Below are positions 1 to 12,663 of a stretch of DNA of 64,000 nt, piece by piece (the first letter of the stretch is position 1; the number at the start of each line of letters is the position of its first letter). Under the pieces are notes generated by a model. The model made no database searches. It saw nothing but the letters and a program-made list of their open reading frames with translations, and had not been told where the DNA came from. A program made the position numbers and the translations under genes. The stretch lies in assembly GCF_006345805.1 (NCBI RefSeq), contig NC_043015.1, forward strand, positions 37,386,001 through 37,450,000, given 5' to 3'. The stretch comes from Octopus sinensis. Lineage: Eukaryota.

Positions 1-78
1 ATTATTATTATTATTATATTATTATTATTATCATCATCATCATCATCATCATCATCATTATTATTATTATTATTATTA

Positions 79-126
<48 letters not shown>

Positions 127-142
127 ATTAGTTGTTGTAGTA

Positions 143-211
<69 letters not shown>

Positions 212-225
212 CAGCGGCAGCAGCA
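1..225. repeat. Compound microsatellite (ATT)n/(ATC)n/(AGT)n
   Basis: Directly visible trinucleotide runs. Confidence 0.95.
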
Positions 226-366
226 GAGAGAAAACTATGCAGAAATGTATACTTCATCCACCTTTACTTATGTTACGATGTTTTAGCTCAGTCAAAATAA
301 ATCTTCCACTCTCTGTCGACTTCTCTGATTCTCTAGAATTAAGCATTTATAAACAGGCGCATACCT

Positions 367-408
<42 letters not shown>

Positions 409-449
409 GCACACACGCAAAAAACATGTAGACCTAAATTCGCACATCC

Positions 450-700
450 ATGGCCGAGTGAGTAGTGCTTTTCATTCACGTCCTGAGATTCCTGTTTCGC
501 TTCTCGGATCGGGTGGTATTCTGTGTTTTTGAGCAAGATATTTCATCTCACACAACTCTCCGCCCACTTCGACGTCTGCCGTGTGGCACACCACGCTCAT
601 GTGCAAGTAATGTCGATTTGATATAGGGAGCGAGCCAACGTGCCGCACACACCATTGATCGCTGTAAACATACATGAGTACGTCCTTGAGGCCAGGCCAC
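450..700 (+). mobile_element. Degenerate tRNA-headed SINE (CORE-like, family C)
   Basis: A-box-like TGGCCGAGTG, decayed B box, then GTGTTTTTGAGCAAGATATTTCATCTCACA resembling a CORE-type body; a related copy lies at 8672-8960. Confidence 0.4.
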
Positions 701-714
701 AATGTGTTTACGTA

Positions 715-814
715 TATAATTACGTATATATATGTATATGCGTGTATGTGTGTATGTGCATGTATTTGCATATATATATATATATGTATGTATGTATGTA
801 TGCATATGTATAAC

Positions 815-910
<96 letters not shown>
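715..910. repeat. (TA)n/(TATG)n microsatellite
   Basis: Directly visible. Confidence 0.95.
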
Positions 911-2203
911 TGGCTGTGTGTTGTGTATGTGTATACGCACACACACACACAATTTTATGCACACAACCACATATGTTAGTGCAGTTGAGAGTTGAGAAAA
1001 TATAAATCAATCAAAAAAGTGAAAACGAAGGCAAAACTTTAAAATGGGTGGAAAGAAAATGATGTCACAAGTCAAAAGTTTATACACCAGACATTTTTTA
1101 TGACAAATACTTTTGTGTTGTTTTCCTTAGCTGCACGAAACTTTTACTAAGATCTTGGAAGATATTTCCCCTAGTGACCAAATGCAAAATATTTTCTTAT
1201 TGTTAAACTTACCTACAAAATGCGGTTTTTCTAACGTCCATGTCATTCGTGAACTTATAGAAAGAAGATATTAACTTATAGAGAAGATTTTCTCTAGTAT
1301 TCTTTGTTAGTGCTTTAATGTATCGATCTCCGGTTAAGAGAGAAAGTTACAGACCATAAATGTGATGCTAGAAAATACATCGCCAAAACATTTGAAACAA
1401 TGGAAACTGATTTTAAATTTAAAACGAAGTGAAACAATGAAAGAAACGAAAATTGAAAGAAAAGAACGTGTTACACTTGTGTTACACATATGAGTGTAGC
1501 ATTACCATTTCCTAGAATCGAGATGGAAAGATATATGCTTCTTATTTTCTTTTCTCTTTGTTTCTGAAATAGCCTTCTATGTAGCTTCAAACAAGTTATT
1601 CGAGGAAGACTTGTCCGATATCGGACGGGATATACGATCAATCGATAATGCAGGACATGTGGAGTCTTGTCATGGGTTATAAAACCAAGGAAGGAACGAA
1701 GATATAGGTGCGCCTTCCTCATATAGCAACCACCAGGCAGTTCTACAAGAATCAGTGGAGAGAAATGGGAGATTTCTTGAAAACTAAGCTCGTATTTCCC
1801 GCAGTCAAAACTTAGGTAATTTGAGTTGGTAGTGACGTGGGCAGTTGTCAAAAACAAGTGGCTGATCGACATGATTAGAGGGACTTAAAACGCAAAATCG
1901 ATAAGGTTTTATATAGTTTGGATATTTCAAAAAATGTAATTCAAGATTTTTTTTTCCTATTGAAAACGTGTCTATACAAAATACATAGGTAAATATTTGT
2001 TAGTGAGTGTGTGTATGGGGGTGGGGTGCGTCAGTGAGTGAGAATGTTTTTGTGCATATAATTATCATACACAAGACATCTCTAGACATTATTTTCTTTG
2101 TATTTGGGAAAAAATTCCAAAATCAACATCCAACGGCTCTGATATAGACAAGCGCACAAAAAGCAGCTATGCATTCCACGCAATGCATTTCGCGTATATA
2201 TAC

Positions 2204-2204
<1 letters not shown>

Positions 2205-2260
<56 letters not shown>

Positions 2261-2321
2261 GTGTGTGTGTTGTGTGTGAGTTTGTGTGTATAAATATATG
2301 TGCATATGTATATATATGAAC

Positions 2322-2400
<79 letters not shown>

Positions 2401-2420
2401 TATATATATATATATATATA
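2205..2420. repeat. (TG)n/(TA)n microsatellite
   Basis: Directly visible. Confidence 0.95.
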
Positions 2421-2742
2421 CCCCTGTTCTCACTCTAATACTTTGAACTTTACACCAAACTATATTAAAGAAGACTTCGAGAAATCTCCACACATGTTCT
2501 TGACCAACGGACAGAAGACAGACTCTTTTTACTTCAATTTGATCAAATTTTTATAAATTTTTATTAATATTGAATAATATGAAATACATCCAAATCGATA
2601 ATATTCATATTTTTATTCATATAATCTTTTATAAAATTCCCTCTTAAACTGAAATATGTCAAACTTAATTCGTTGCTATTTACACTTTTATCTTTTTTAT
2701 ATATAAACATTTGATTTGTATAGATCTCTAATATTTTTTCAA

Positions 2743-2775
<33 letters not shown>

Positions 2776-2849
2776 GTGTGGAAGGATCAGTATTCCATTA
2801 TATACAAGGGCAAAAATTCAAAATTAATCCAATTTCACTTGCGTCTCTG

Positions 2850-3350
2850 AAAAACTCATTTATGCAATCAGATGGCAGCTCGGGCTGCCATAAAAAATAT
2901 ATAGGGCCGGCAGGAATGTCTGTCAGATGGAGATCTACAGTCCTGAGACAACATATACCTTTCACATAATATCGCCAGATATATCTCAGTGAACACATTC
3001 ACAGATGTACAGAACCACTGCAACAACAATTCTTAATCTTCCCATTACATTAATCTGTCATTTGGACATCAACGCAAGTACGACTAAATAAAGAGGCATC
3101 ATTTATCGAAAAGTATAAGCCAGAATTTAATATAAATCCATGTTGAAAATTAATGATTTACGCGATCTATTGAAGATTAAAGCCAGAACCAAATGTAAAC
3201 CAATATTAAAAATTACAGATCTACCTCCCCATTACTGAAAAATAACTTGGTTACCAATTACCACTCTTAGCAAACAAAATCTCTAATTCAGAATTGAACC
3301 CAAAACACAAAATTTGAAAAGGGAAAGCAAAACCGGTTATTATGTTGGCA
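2850..3350 (+). mobile_element. Penelope-like element 3' remnant (GIY-YIG endonuclease C-terminus plus dead hammerhead relic)
   Basis: One frame reads SGCHKKYIGPAGMSVRWRSTVLRQHI..*YRQIYLSEHIHRC...FLIFPLH*...RLNKEASFIEKYKPEFN, matching the Penelope GIY-YIG pattern (C..C...YIG.T...R...H; E..FI...KP.LN) with in-frame stops. Downstream, TTGAAAA-GGGAAAGC-AAAA-CCGGT-T (3314-3338) looks like a mutated HHR core with palindromic ACCGGT. Confidence 0.7.
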
Positions 3351-3842
3351 GAGAAGAATCTTATTTCGTATGATATTGTGTAATACTTTTGCCACGATGA
3401 TTCTAATATATTCTTTAGCCTTGTAAAACAAATTCTGTGTGTTTTTTCATCGTATTTCTTTCGTTAAATATTCAACCACGTGTAATCACCCGGGACTATG
3501 TCATAAGCAAGCAACCAAACACACAGCCACTCCTACGCCTAGAAAAAAATATATATGTGTGTGTGTAGTTATATATATATATATATTACATATACTATTT
3601 ATACTAAAAATATGTTTAAAGGGGTGTATTATTCTGACGATTAATGTATTTCCTTTTAATTCGTTTTCAGTTGATGCCTACCTATAGCAGTCTTTTTTGT
3701 GATACCCGAGATAACAAAAAGTTGCTAGTCTCTTGTAACTTTTCATGGTGAATAAATTCGAGTGTCCTGTTCAGGACTGCATAATATCCGTTGAGTAATA
3801 GTGTTAACAATGATAAGAACAGTGTTTTCATGTTTAGATTAA

Positions 3843-3886
<44 letters not shown>

Positions 3887-4204
3887 GTATATATACACAC
3901 AAAACACACCCACATATATATACAGAATATAAAACGGATTTGCTGACATTATTTAGAATACTTTCACCAATAAACTACGAGAGTACAAATGTGACGAAAC
4001 AATAGAAGAGTTTCCTAAATAAAGAATCCACTTCAACTCATTTTCTGCTAGTTATATATTTACATAAACTCTTCAAATATTCTGGAATTCTTGACGTCTG
4101 TCAAGTAGCAAGAACATTCTCGTCGTATGAGCCAATAACTGCAGACGTGCTTTGCATAGCGTACTACAAGATTTTTAGCAAACCTTGTGTACATGTTTAT
4201 TATA

Positions 4205-4241
4205 AATGTGTGTGTGTGTGCTTGTTTATTACTTTCATATA

Positions 4242-4278
<37 letters not shown>

Positions 4279-4558
4279 TATGTATGTATGTATATACTTG
4301 TATATAATCATATATGACATACACCCGTATTTATACAATTACGTATGCAACACTTGTTTGCAAAAAGATCATGTATACGTGTGTATGTGTGTATCCGTAT
4401 ATATGCGTGTTGAAATGTACTATTGTTCGCAAATTGCGTGCACACGCGTGTCTGCAAGTATATTTGTACATATATATGTATATTTATACACATATATATG
4501 TAACATATATACAACACACATACATATACATAGATGCATACATACATACATACATACA

Positions 4559-4594
<36 letters not shown>

Positions 4595-4651
4595 TATATA
4601 TGTTACATATACTTAATGCCTAGCCATACGTACACACATATTTACACAGTT

Positions 4652-4687
<36 letters not shown>

Positions 4688-4720
4688 TGTGTCTGTGTGT
4701 GTGCGTGCATGCGTGCGTTT
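4205..4720. repeat. Mixed (TA)n/(TACA)n/(TG)n low-complexity tract
   Basis: Directly visible; accounts for several spurious ORFs in the track. Confidence 0.9.
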
Positions 4721-5054
4721 GTATGCAAAGTCTATTCCATTCAATTGGCACAACTGAATTTATTTGGAACATATGATCATATGATCAACAATGAAATATA
4801 AAACCATTTTGAAATATTTTCAACTTTTGTCAATATACAATGGATCTATTAATAATTCGAGTCATTGGTATTTTTAATTTTATCTATTTCCATTCTTCCA
4901 TCTTTAAACATTATATCTGCAAGGAAATAATACACACAAGAAAGAATACGTTGAGATTACCGTGTAAATAGCAGGAAGTGCCTAAATGGTGACGTGTATT
5001 GAGGAGACACGATTTATTTTTATTAAAATAAAAGCAGCAAATAAACAGCGTATT

Positions 5055-5111
5055 AATAATGATAATAACAATAATAATAATAATAATAATAACAACAACA
5101 ACAACAACAAC

Positions 5112-5178
<67 letters not shown>

Positions 5179-5230
5179 TAATAATAATAATGATAATCAC
5201 ACCATCAGCAGCAACAACAACAATATTTTA
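5055..5230. repeat. (AAT)n/(AAC)n microsatellite
   Basis: Directly visible. Confidence 0.95.
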
Positions 5231-5508
5231 ATAATAATATAAGAAGCGGTTACTATATTTAATTTCATTATGAACCAAATATTTCTTCATATTAATTTCA
5301 GAACACGTTCCAATGGAATTGTTTGTCAAATCGAAGCTACATCAAAATATGAACTTGCCAGACATTTCAACAGTCTTCTCTCCAGATTGAAGTTTACCGT
5401 TCGTTTGTAATAATCCGATACCGTTTCTGTTTCGTTCTCTCACAATGGTGTTGTTGACGGGATTTCGGGGTTTTCTTTTCTTCTCTTTGTCTTATCATCT
5501 TTTATCTG

Positions 5509-5734
5509 TTTCTTTATTACCCACAAGGGGCTAAACACAGAGGGAACAAACAAGGAGAGACAAACAGATTAAGTCGATTACATCGACCCCAGTGCGTAAC
5601 TGGTACTTTATTTATCGACCCCGAAAGGATGAAGGCAAAGTCGGCCTCGGCAGAATTTGAACTCAGAACGTAACGGCAGACGAAATACGGCTACGCATTT
5701 CGCCCGGCGTGCTAACGGTTCTGCCACCTCGCCG
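5509..5734 (-). mobile_element. tRNA-derived SINE, family B (GGCGAGCTGGCAGAA...GAGTTCAAAT...CCTTTCGGGGTCGAT)
   Basis: Full-length copy with A box, B box (GAGTTCAAAT) and conserved body; about 20 homologous copies in the window. Confidence 0.9.
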
Positions 5735-6260
5735 TCTTATTATCTTTTATCGTTTGTATCTTACTTGTTTCAATCCTTCGACTGCAGCCATGCTGGAGCA
5801 CATTACTGAAATGCTTAGTCGAACAAATCGTCTCCAGTACGTATTTTTTTATTATTATTTTCCTTTTTTTCCTATTCTTATGTCTGTTACTTAGGCTACC
5901 CGGCTCTTTTACTGGACCGCTGAACAACCGTCGCTTAAATTAACGCCGTTTGTCAAGGAATGCTGGAGAGACAAGTACAATTACACACAAATTTATACAC
6001 ACACACATACACATACACACACAAACACACACATACACACATACATTCACCGTGGTCGATCACAATCCACTAAACCTTTTTTATTTTCTCACCCTTTTTA
6101 TTTCTGTCTTCTCTTTTGTCGAAGAGCGTAGTTTGGGAGCGGAAAAGACTTTCTCGCTTCGCGAGCGTTAATCTAATACATCAGTTTATTGTTTACACAC
6201 CTGTCTTCGTCTTTTGTTTTCTTGTAAATTCTCACTAAATATAAACATATATATATATAT

Positions 6261-6518
6261 ATATAATATTAATTAGAGACAAAACCACTATTTTGCAAAA
6301 CAAACAAGGAAAGACTTAATCAACACATAAAATTTTAATAAAAAGTAAAAAAAACGCCACTACAATTGTTTCATGTCTTCAATGACAATCTTCAGGTGGA
6401 TTTCCGATTTACAAATCAGTTTCAATTTATGAAGTAATTTATTAAAATTTTATGTGTTGATTAAGTCTTTCCTTGTTGTTTTGCAAAATAGTGGTTTTGT
6501 CTCTAATTAATATTATAT
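6261..6518 (-). mobile_element. Non-coding element: ~80 bp inverted repeats enclosing a hammerhead ribozyme
   Basis: Arms 6261-6342 and 6438-6518 are reverse complements apart from a 1 nt indel; the spacer holds an HHR; (TA)n lies on both sides. Confidence 0.7.
6357..6399 (-). ncRNA. Minimal type I hammerhead ribozyme
   Basis: Minus strand CCAC-CUGAAGA-U-UGUC-AUUGAA-GACA-U-GAAA-CAAUUG-UA^GUGG: stem I CCAC/GUGG, intact CUGANGA and GAAA, 4 bp stem II, palindromic stem III ACAAUUGU, GUA cleavage triplet. The 10.1-11.1 position is a U-U mismatch. Confidence 0.7.
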
Positions 6519-7224
6519 AATATTTTACTATAAAATTGGATTTAATCCTAAAACTGATTTTTTTCCCTGTAATTTGGATTTATGCCCTAATATTTATTAT
6601 TATTATATATATATGTATATATATTATATAATATATATATATAATATATATATATATATTATATATAATATTTAGATTACTTACGGAAGCTGTATGATTA
6701 AAGCCCAGTTCATGATTGAACACGCAAGTGTATCATATACACTTCAGTTGTAATTTATATTAGAAAAATAAAAAAAGGACCCTAGAATCGTTATGATTGT
6801 TAACAGGAACATAACATCACCATTTACGAAATTTAAATTTCTTTGATAACCAAGGGGAAGCAAACGTGTTTCTTGCCCATAAAATATATTTGAAAATAGG
6901 AATATAAAATTTATGGATCTAAAAGGGAGAAAAGAAGCAAATATCGAAGCGTAGGAAATAAAACAAAGAATATGAAAGAAAGAGAGAGGAAGAGAGAGAA
7001 AACTTTCCATCGATGACCATCCTGTCATTTCTTATAATAGCAACTCCACTATGGAATACATCCAGCTTTATTTGAGATAGAGTTTTATCTAAATTTAGTA
7101 GTTCGAGTGATCGCATGACCTCGGACAGGGTCCAATGTCTGCGTCCCTGTATATCATTTCCATTTGTAATAGATTGCATTGAAATGGTTTCAAATTTTAG
7201 CAATTTCAACTGGAAAGGATTAGT

Positions 7225-7350
7225 CAATTGCAACAAACTTAATACTTGACTGTTTCTTCGTTTTATCGCCCTCAAATGGGTGAAAGACAGAGTCAAGCTC
7301 GGTTGAATCTGAAATCAGAGCGTAAAGAAACAGAACAAAGGCCGTTAAGC
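7225..7350 (-). mobile_element. Degenerate SINE family B
   Basis: TTTATCGCCCTCAAATGGGTGAAAGACAGAGTC...TCTGAAATCAGAGCGTAAAG matches the family body with many changes. Confidence 0.55.
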
Positions 7351-7606
7351 ATTTTTTTCGACGCAATAATTATTCTGCTAGTCGCCACCTTGTGGTAAAT
7401 TATTCATAATATGAAATGAGAAGTTACTGCATTTGTCGGCGTATAAGACGCAATCTTGCATAAGGTGTATCTCTATTTTACAAATATGTTTTCTGTAAAA
7501 CATTTAAAAGACAAGTTTAAAATGTTTCCTTGTGTTGTGCAGGACAGACTTGTGCTCATCCGATTCCTTCGTCTACAACACTCGGCCTCCCACCCGTAAA
7601 ATGGCC

Positions 7607-8264
7607 GTATGTCATGTAATTTCGATATTGTGGGATCAAGAAATAAATGATCAAATCAGGTGATCGAACTCGGAATTGCTAAGGTGTCAGAAAGCACGCT
7701 TTGTGGTATCTATTCTGCGTTTTTTCACATTAAAAATAAAGAAAATAATGATGACTCTTCTTTCTGGAGTCCTACTTGCGTCGGCGGATAAGATAAAATG
7801 CGATGCAATTTATAAATAATATATTTACAAAGAAGACGTTTAAATATATTTCATCTCAATTATCCAATATTGAAATGAATTCATTTTAATGACCTTATTT
7901 GCAGCCGGTCAGTTTTTTTGTTTTTTTTAACAGTTTCAAAAATACAGAAGGCGCGTTTTTTACGGCTGCAAATAAGATCATTAAAATGAATTCATTTCAA
8001 TATTGGATAATTGAGATGAAATATATTTAAACGTCTTCTTTGTAAATATATTATTTATAAATTGCATCGCATTTTATCTTATCCGCCGACGCAAGTAGGA
8101 CTCCAGAAAGAAGAGTCATCATTATTTTCTTTATTTTTAATGTGAAAAAACGCAGAATAGATACCACAAAGCGTGCTTTCTGACACCTTAGCAATTCCGA
8201 GTTCGATCACCCTGATTTGATCATTTATTTCTTGATCCCACAATACCGAAATTACATGACATAC
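7607..8264. repeat. Foldback: 301/302 bp inverted repeat arms with a 55 bp spacer
   Basis: 7607-7907 is the reverse complement of 7963-8264; by eye 2 substitutions and 1 indel. Confidence 0.95.
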
Positions 8265-8459
8265 AAGATGCACATACCAAGAAAATGTCTCAAAATTTCA
8301 CCCTGGCTCCTATATATAAAAATAGGTCATCCTTAAAGTAATTTTATCCCCGACACTCACTCCTATTGGCTACATTTAACGTATGTGCCCTCTCTCCTAT
8401 CTGGTCTACCACCGTAATAACAACAGCTAAAATTTTGGCACAAATGACAGTAGTTCTTA

Positions 8460-8637
8460 AGGGTACCCAAAGTCGATTACATTATCTGCAACACTTGATT
8501 GATGGTTAGTCTATCGAATCTGAAGAGGATGAAAGGCAAAACCGAGTTTGGAGAAGTTGGAATTCTGAACATAAAGACATACGAAATATTGCTAAGCATT
8601 TCCCTCGGAATGCTGACGATACTGCCTGCTCGCCCCC
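8460..8637 (-). mobile_element. Degenerate SINE family B
   Basis: GGATGAAAGGCAAA...GAACATAAAGACATACGAAATATTGCTAAGCATTT homology to the family. Confidence 0.7.
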
Positions 8638-8671
8638 TGGTGACTTCGTATTAATAATATTTACTTAAAAG

Positions 8672-8960
8672 TGCCCAGTGCTCAACGTGGTGCACTGACG
8701 ATCGTGGGATTGGGGATTCGATTCCCGGAGCGGACGGTGCGTTGTATTCTTAAGCACTGGGGCCAACTCACGCTGCTGTGCGATCAATTCAACATTTAAA
8801 ATGTGGAACACCGTAGAGCTGTACGGGCGAATATAATTTGATGAAAGGAACGAGCTTATGTGCAGTCGAAACGTTTGATCACGACAAACAAATCACCTCT
8901 GAAGACTGTTCAGCAAGAAGTTACTGAACGACTTTTCTCAGACACCAAAGGCTACCATCA
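8672..8960 (+). mobile_element. tRNA-headed SINE (family C)
   Basis: A-box-like CTCAACGTGG, B box GATTCGATTCCC, then GGACGGTGCGTTGTATTCTTAAGCA. Confidence 0.5.
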
Positions 8961-8984
8961 TTAGTAAGGGGGAGCACTAGCAGA

Positions 8985-9165
8985 ATGACGAGTACCCCTG
9001 GAAAAATGCTTAGCGGCATTTCGTCCGTCTTTGAGTTCAAATTCTGCCGAGGTCGATTTTGCCTTTTATCCTTTCGGGGTCGATAAAATAATTACCAGTT
9101 AGCACTGGGGTCGATGTAACACACTTAATTCCTTCCCGGAAATTGTTGACCGCCAAAATTCGAAA
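8985..9165 (+). mobile_element. SINE family B
   Basis: AAATGCTTAGCGGCATTTCGTC...GAGTTCAAATTCTGCCGAGGTCGATTTTGCC...CCTTTCGGGGTCGATAAA. Confidence 0.85.
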
Positions 9166-9367
9166 CGATTAATATTTTTATAACAATGGACTGCCGGCAT
9201 TGGTTGGTACCAGTTGATCCATTTAGATATTTTCACAGTTGAGCTTTCTTGCTTTTATCTTCAGCTCTATTGCCCACTTACTTTGTATATATACAGCAAT
9301 GTCTTCTGCTGCAGAAAACGTGCTTTTGTCATGTTTTGTAATGTACTGCTGGGTTACTTCAAATATT

Positions 9368-9570
9368 CTTTTCTACTCTAAGAAAAGGCCAGAAATTTTG
9401 GGGGAAGGGGCCGGTCGATTAGATCGACCCGCCCCTGCACGCAACTTGTATTTAATTTATCGAGCCCGAAAGGATGAAAGGCAAAGTCGACCTCAGCGGA
9501 ATTTGAACTCAGAACGTAAAGACAGACGAAATAGTGCTAAGCATTTCACCCGGCGTGCTTACGTTCTTTG
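9368..9570 (-). mobile_element. SINE family B
   Basis: Reverse-complement match to the family consensus. Confidence 0.85.
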
Positions 9571-10664
9571 ATAAGCTCCGCTGTCATTGGAATGTGTCCA
9601 ATATACGAAAGCATCATGTTTAAAGTAAGTCTGTCACCCTCGTTATATAGAAGAACACTAAACAGAACTTTTATGCCATCAAATATAGTAAATAACATCA
9701 AAGTTTACTTAGGACAGAACTGAACTTAGTACCCAGAGATTCCGGGTAAAAAATAAATAAATAGCGTTTCAAAATGCTTCAAGACGATAGAGTACTTTCA
9801 ATACATCAGCGGTTAACAAAATAGAAAAGAAACAACTGTTTAATACACATTTTTTTAAAGAAAAAGAAATTTTAAACGTTGTATATTAAACATTTTTTAA
9901 ATATTTTAAATATTGTTACAATAATATTGAAAAAATATTTGAATACTCTATTTTAGCATTTAAAATATTTTAAATGTCGTATGATTAAAAGAAATATTTT
10001 AGACAAATATTGTTGAAACATATTTTGCTGTTACGTATAAGTCTCTGAGTGTACATATAATGTATGTTTGTGCATGGGTGTGTGTTTATGTATTTTGGTA
10101 GAGAAAGACGTTTCAAAACACGTTTCCGTAGAAGAAATATATCAGATTTTATTCTTTTATGTTAATGGAATCTATATTTGTGTGAAGCCTCGATGTTGCA
10201 AGAAAGCTGGATTTACTGTTATTTTACGCTGATGACAGTTATGGGACGTTATCCATTCGTTTATTTCTTTCATCGACAAAATGGAACTTAAACGTAAGAC
10301 AAAATGGCGCATAAACAGCTCCCAGCTCAGATCCGTTTGATTACACCTCTGGTCAAAAATAGTTCATTGAAGAGGTTTTCCTTATTCTTCTTCTACTTCA
10401 GTCTGGATTCACTGTACGGGTTAAACAATTCATCGTTTCGATCGCTGAATGCTAAACGTGGCTCGAGAGCCCTCTGTCCGTTCGGGTGGCTTTCTTTTGT
10501 CACCATCTCACCCTTGTATGCTAAACAGTCACAAGTAACATTTACGGTTGAGTGTAATGCTGGAACGTAAACTGAAATATTTTGTTCAAGAGAACAGCGC
10601 TCGCTTAACTCAATTTACTTCAAATCGCTCGCTAACGCTGGTTAATTGATTTAGAGATGGCAAT

Positions 10665-10890
10665 GCTAGATGGATGGCGAACTTGCAGACTCATTAGCAC
10701 ACCAAAGAAAAAGAATTAGTGACATTTTGACCATCTTTACTTTTTGAGTTCAAATTTCGTCAAGTTTGATTTTTGCCTTTCATCCTTTTGGGGTCGATTA
10801 AATAAGAACCAATAGAATATTAGGCTCGATGATATCGACTTAGCCCTTTACACGAACTTGCAGGCCTTGTGACAAAATTTGAAATCAATA
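10665..10890 (+). mobile_element. SINE family B (diverged)
   Basis: GGCGAACTTGCAGA...GAGTTCAAATTTCGTCAAG...CATCCTTTTGGGGTCGAT. Confidence 0.75.
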
Positions 10891-12663
10891 CTATCTGAGT
10901 GAGCGATAAATGAGGGTGATAAATTGGTGCACTTTGGGAGTGTATTAGACAACGTCTAATACGGCTTTCAGTTACGCCTTATTACAAACCGATTGCTGGT
11001 GTCAGTGAAATAGAGAGTGTTTCTCATCGTTTCGAAGCTTGTGAAATAATCAACTCAAGCCGTCCCTCAATGCCTAGTGAGAAAATCAGAAGCAATTGTG
11101 CCTCGCTAGACGTTGTCCAGCGTGTGACTTTACAGCCAACATCGCGCTAAGATGAAGGGTGTCGCCACCATTATCCAGGAGAATAGCAAATGAAATATTA
11201 ATGATGTTCTTTTTCACCAGGCATCTATTGGCAATACCATTAAAGGTTCTGTTTACTGTTCTTCTATATATCGAGGGTGACACATTTACTTTAAGCATGT
11301 TCTTTAATATTGGATACTCCCGGCGATGCTGAAATGAATCTGGTATTGTTACAAGCCGCTGATGGTTCGGTTTCGTCTCCTTCCTCTGTGTACCTTGTGT
11401 TTTTAAATATACCAAGTCCATAGAATAGAAAATATTAGGTCTAGACGAATAGCGCAGCAAATTTAGATTGAACACTGAATTTTTATTAAATTCAATACAT
11501 AGATGTCTCTTAACAATTATATACATTTAGACATTTAAAAAATTAATTATATTTCGCATGTGAAACAATTCCAGAGAAGACGGAAACCTTTTTTGCTGAC
11601 GTAATACGAACCAGAGAACACAAGAGAGACCAAAGTGTCTGTTAGTCTTATCACCTCATCTGGCTTCCTCACTTTCTCTAGTTGAATTACATGTGCACAT
11701 ACACAACTTCCATGATCGTTTGCAACTCCTTCTCCGCCACCGATCAACAACAGAATTATGTTCCAGCAGAAACCATTCACAATTCTTATTCATCAACAAG
11801 TCACAAATTAAGAAGGATGTTACGTCAAACATCTTATGTGGCTTCTTGTTGAAGAACGTGAGCTTGCAACTTTGCTGAACACAGAATAAGAAAAAAGCAT
11901 TGGAAGCATTCGGAAAACAGTTAAGAAAAGACACACTTCATTAAATAATAATAACTTAGAGCGACAAACGATTCCGAAACAACGCGTAAAAGGAATCTTA
12001 ATTGAACATTGATTTATTTACCGCGTTTCTAAGTCTTCAGTTGCAGTTTTGGCAAAGGTGTATTACTAATTAATGTATCAAATTCTTTGAGAGATATTTC
12101 CATCGTGTTTTATGCTAGTGATTTTCTTAAAGTTATTATCCTTTTGAGTTGTGCATAGTCGTTTCTCGCTGTATTTGCTCGAGGAATACCGTCAAATTTT
12201 GTTTAACTTTCTTCTGCTTGTTTTCGCTTTTAGCTTTTCTTAATTTAAAAAAATAAATTTGTCATCGTGACGTTCTCGGCTTCGAAAACCCTTTTGGGTG
12301 AAAATAAATCTTTTGTTACTCTTATTAATACGTGATTAGCTATATTACTTGTATTAACATTAATCATCGTCAGCATCATCTTCTTCAGCATCATCATTAG
12401 TATTATTATTGCAATCAGTATCGTCATCATCACCATCCTTTTCGTCATTATAGTGTGTGTCAACTTTGTGTCGTTGCTTTCTTTCCATCCCCGATTAGAA
12501 TTTATTTTCAGTTGGTGTCAAACATTACTTAATGAAGAAAATTCATTTTTCTCTTCATAACTAATTTCTTTTTCATTTCTTTTGCTATTTTCACAAATGT
12601 CCTCGAAATATTTAAACGGAAATCTAACTGTTTATCGTGGAGTGGGGAGGGAAGGCTTGTATA

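Noticed and set aside
6105-6150. TCGAAGAGCG...GGAAAAG hammerhead-like string
   Set aside because: The core and stems do not fit; at most a heavily decayed relic.
8860-8905. TTGATGA...GAAACGTT inside a SINE tail
   Set aside because: C3 is missing and no stem I or stem II pairing was found.
12020-12045. Minus-strand CTGAAGACTTAGAAACGCGGTA
   Set aside because: No stem II or stem I; a chance match.
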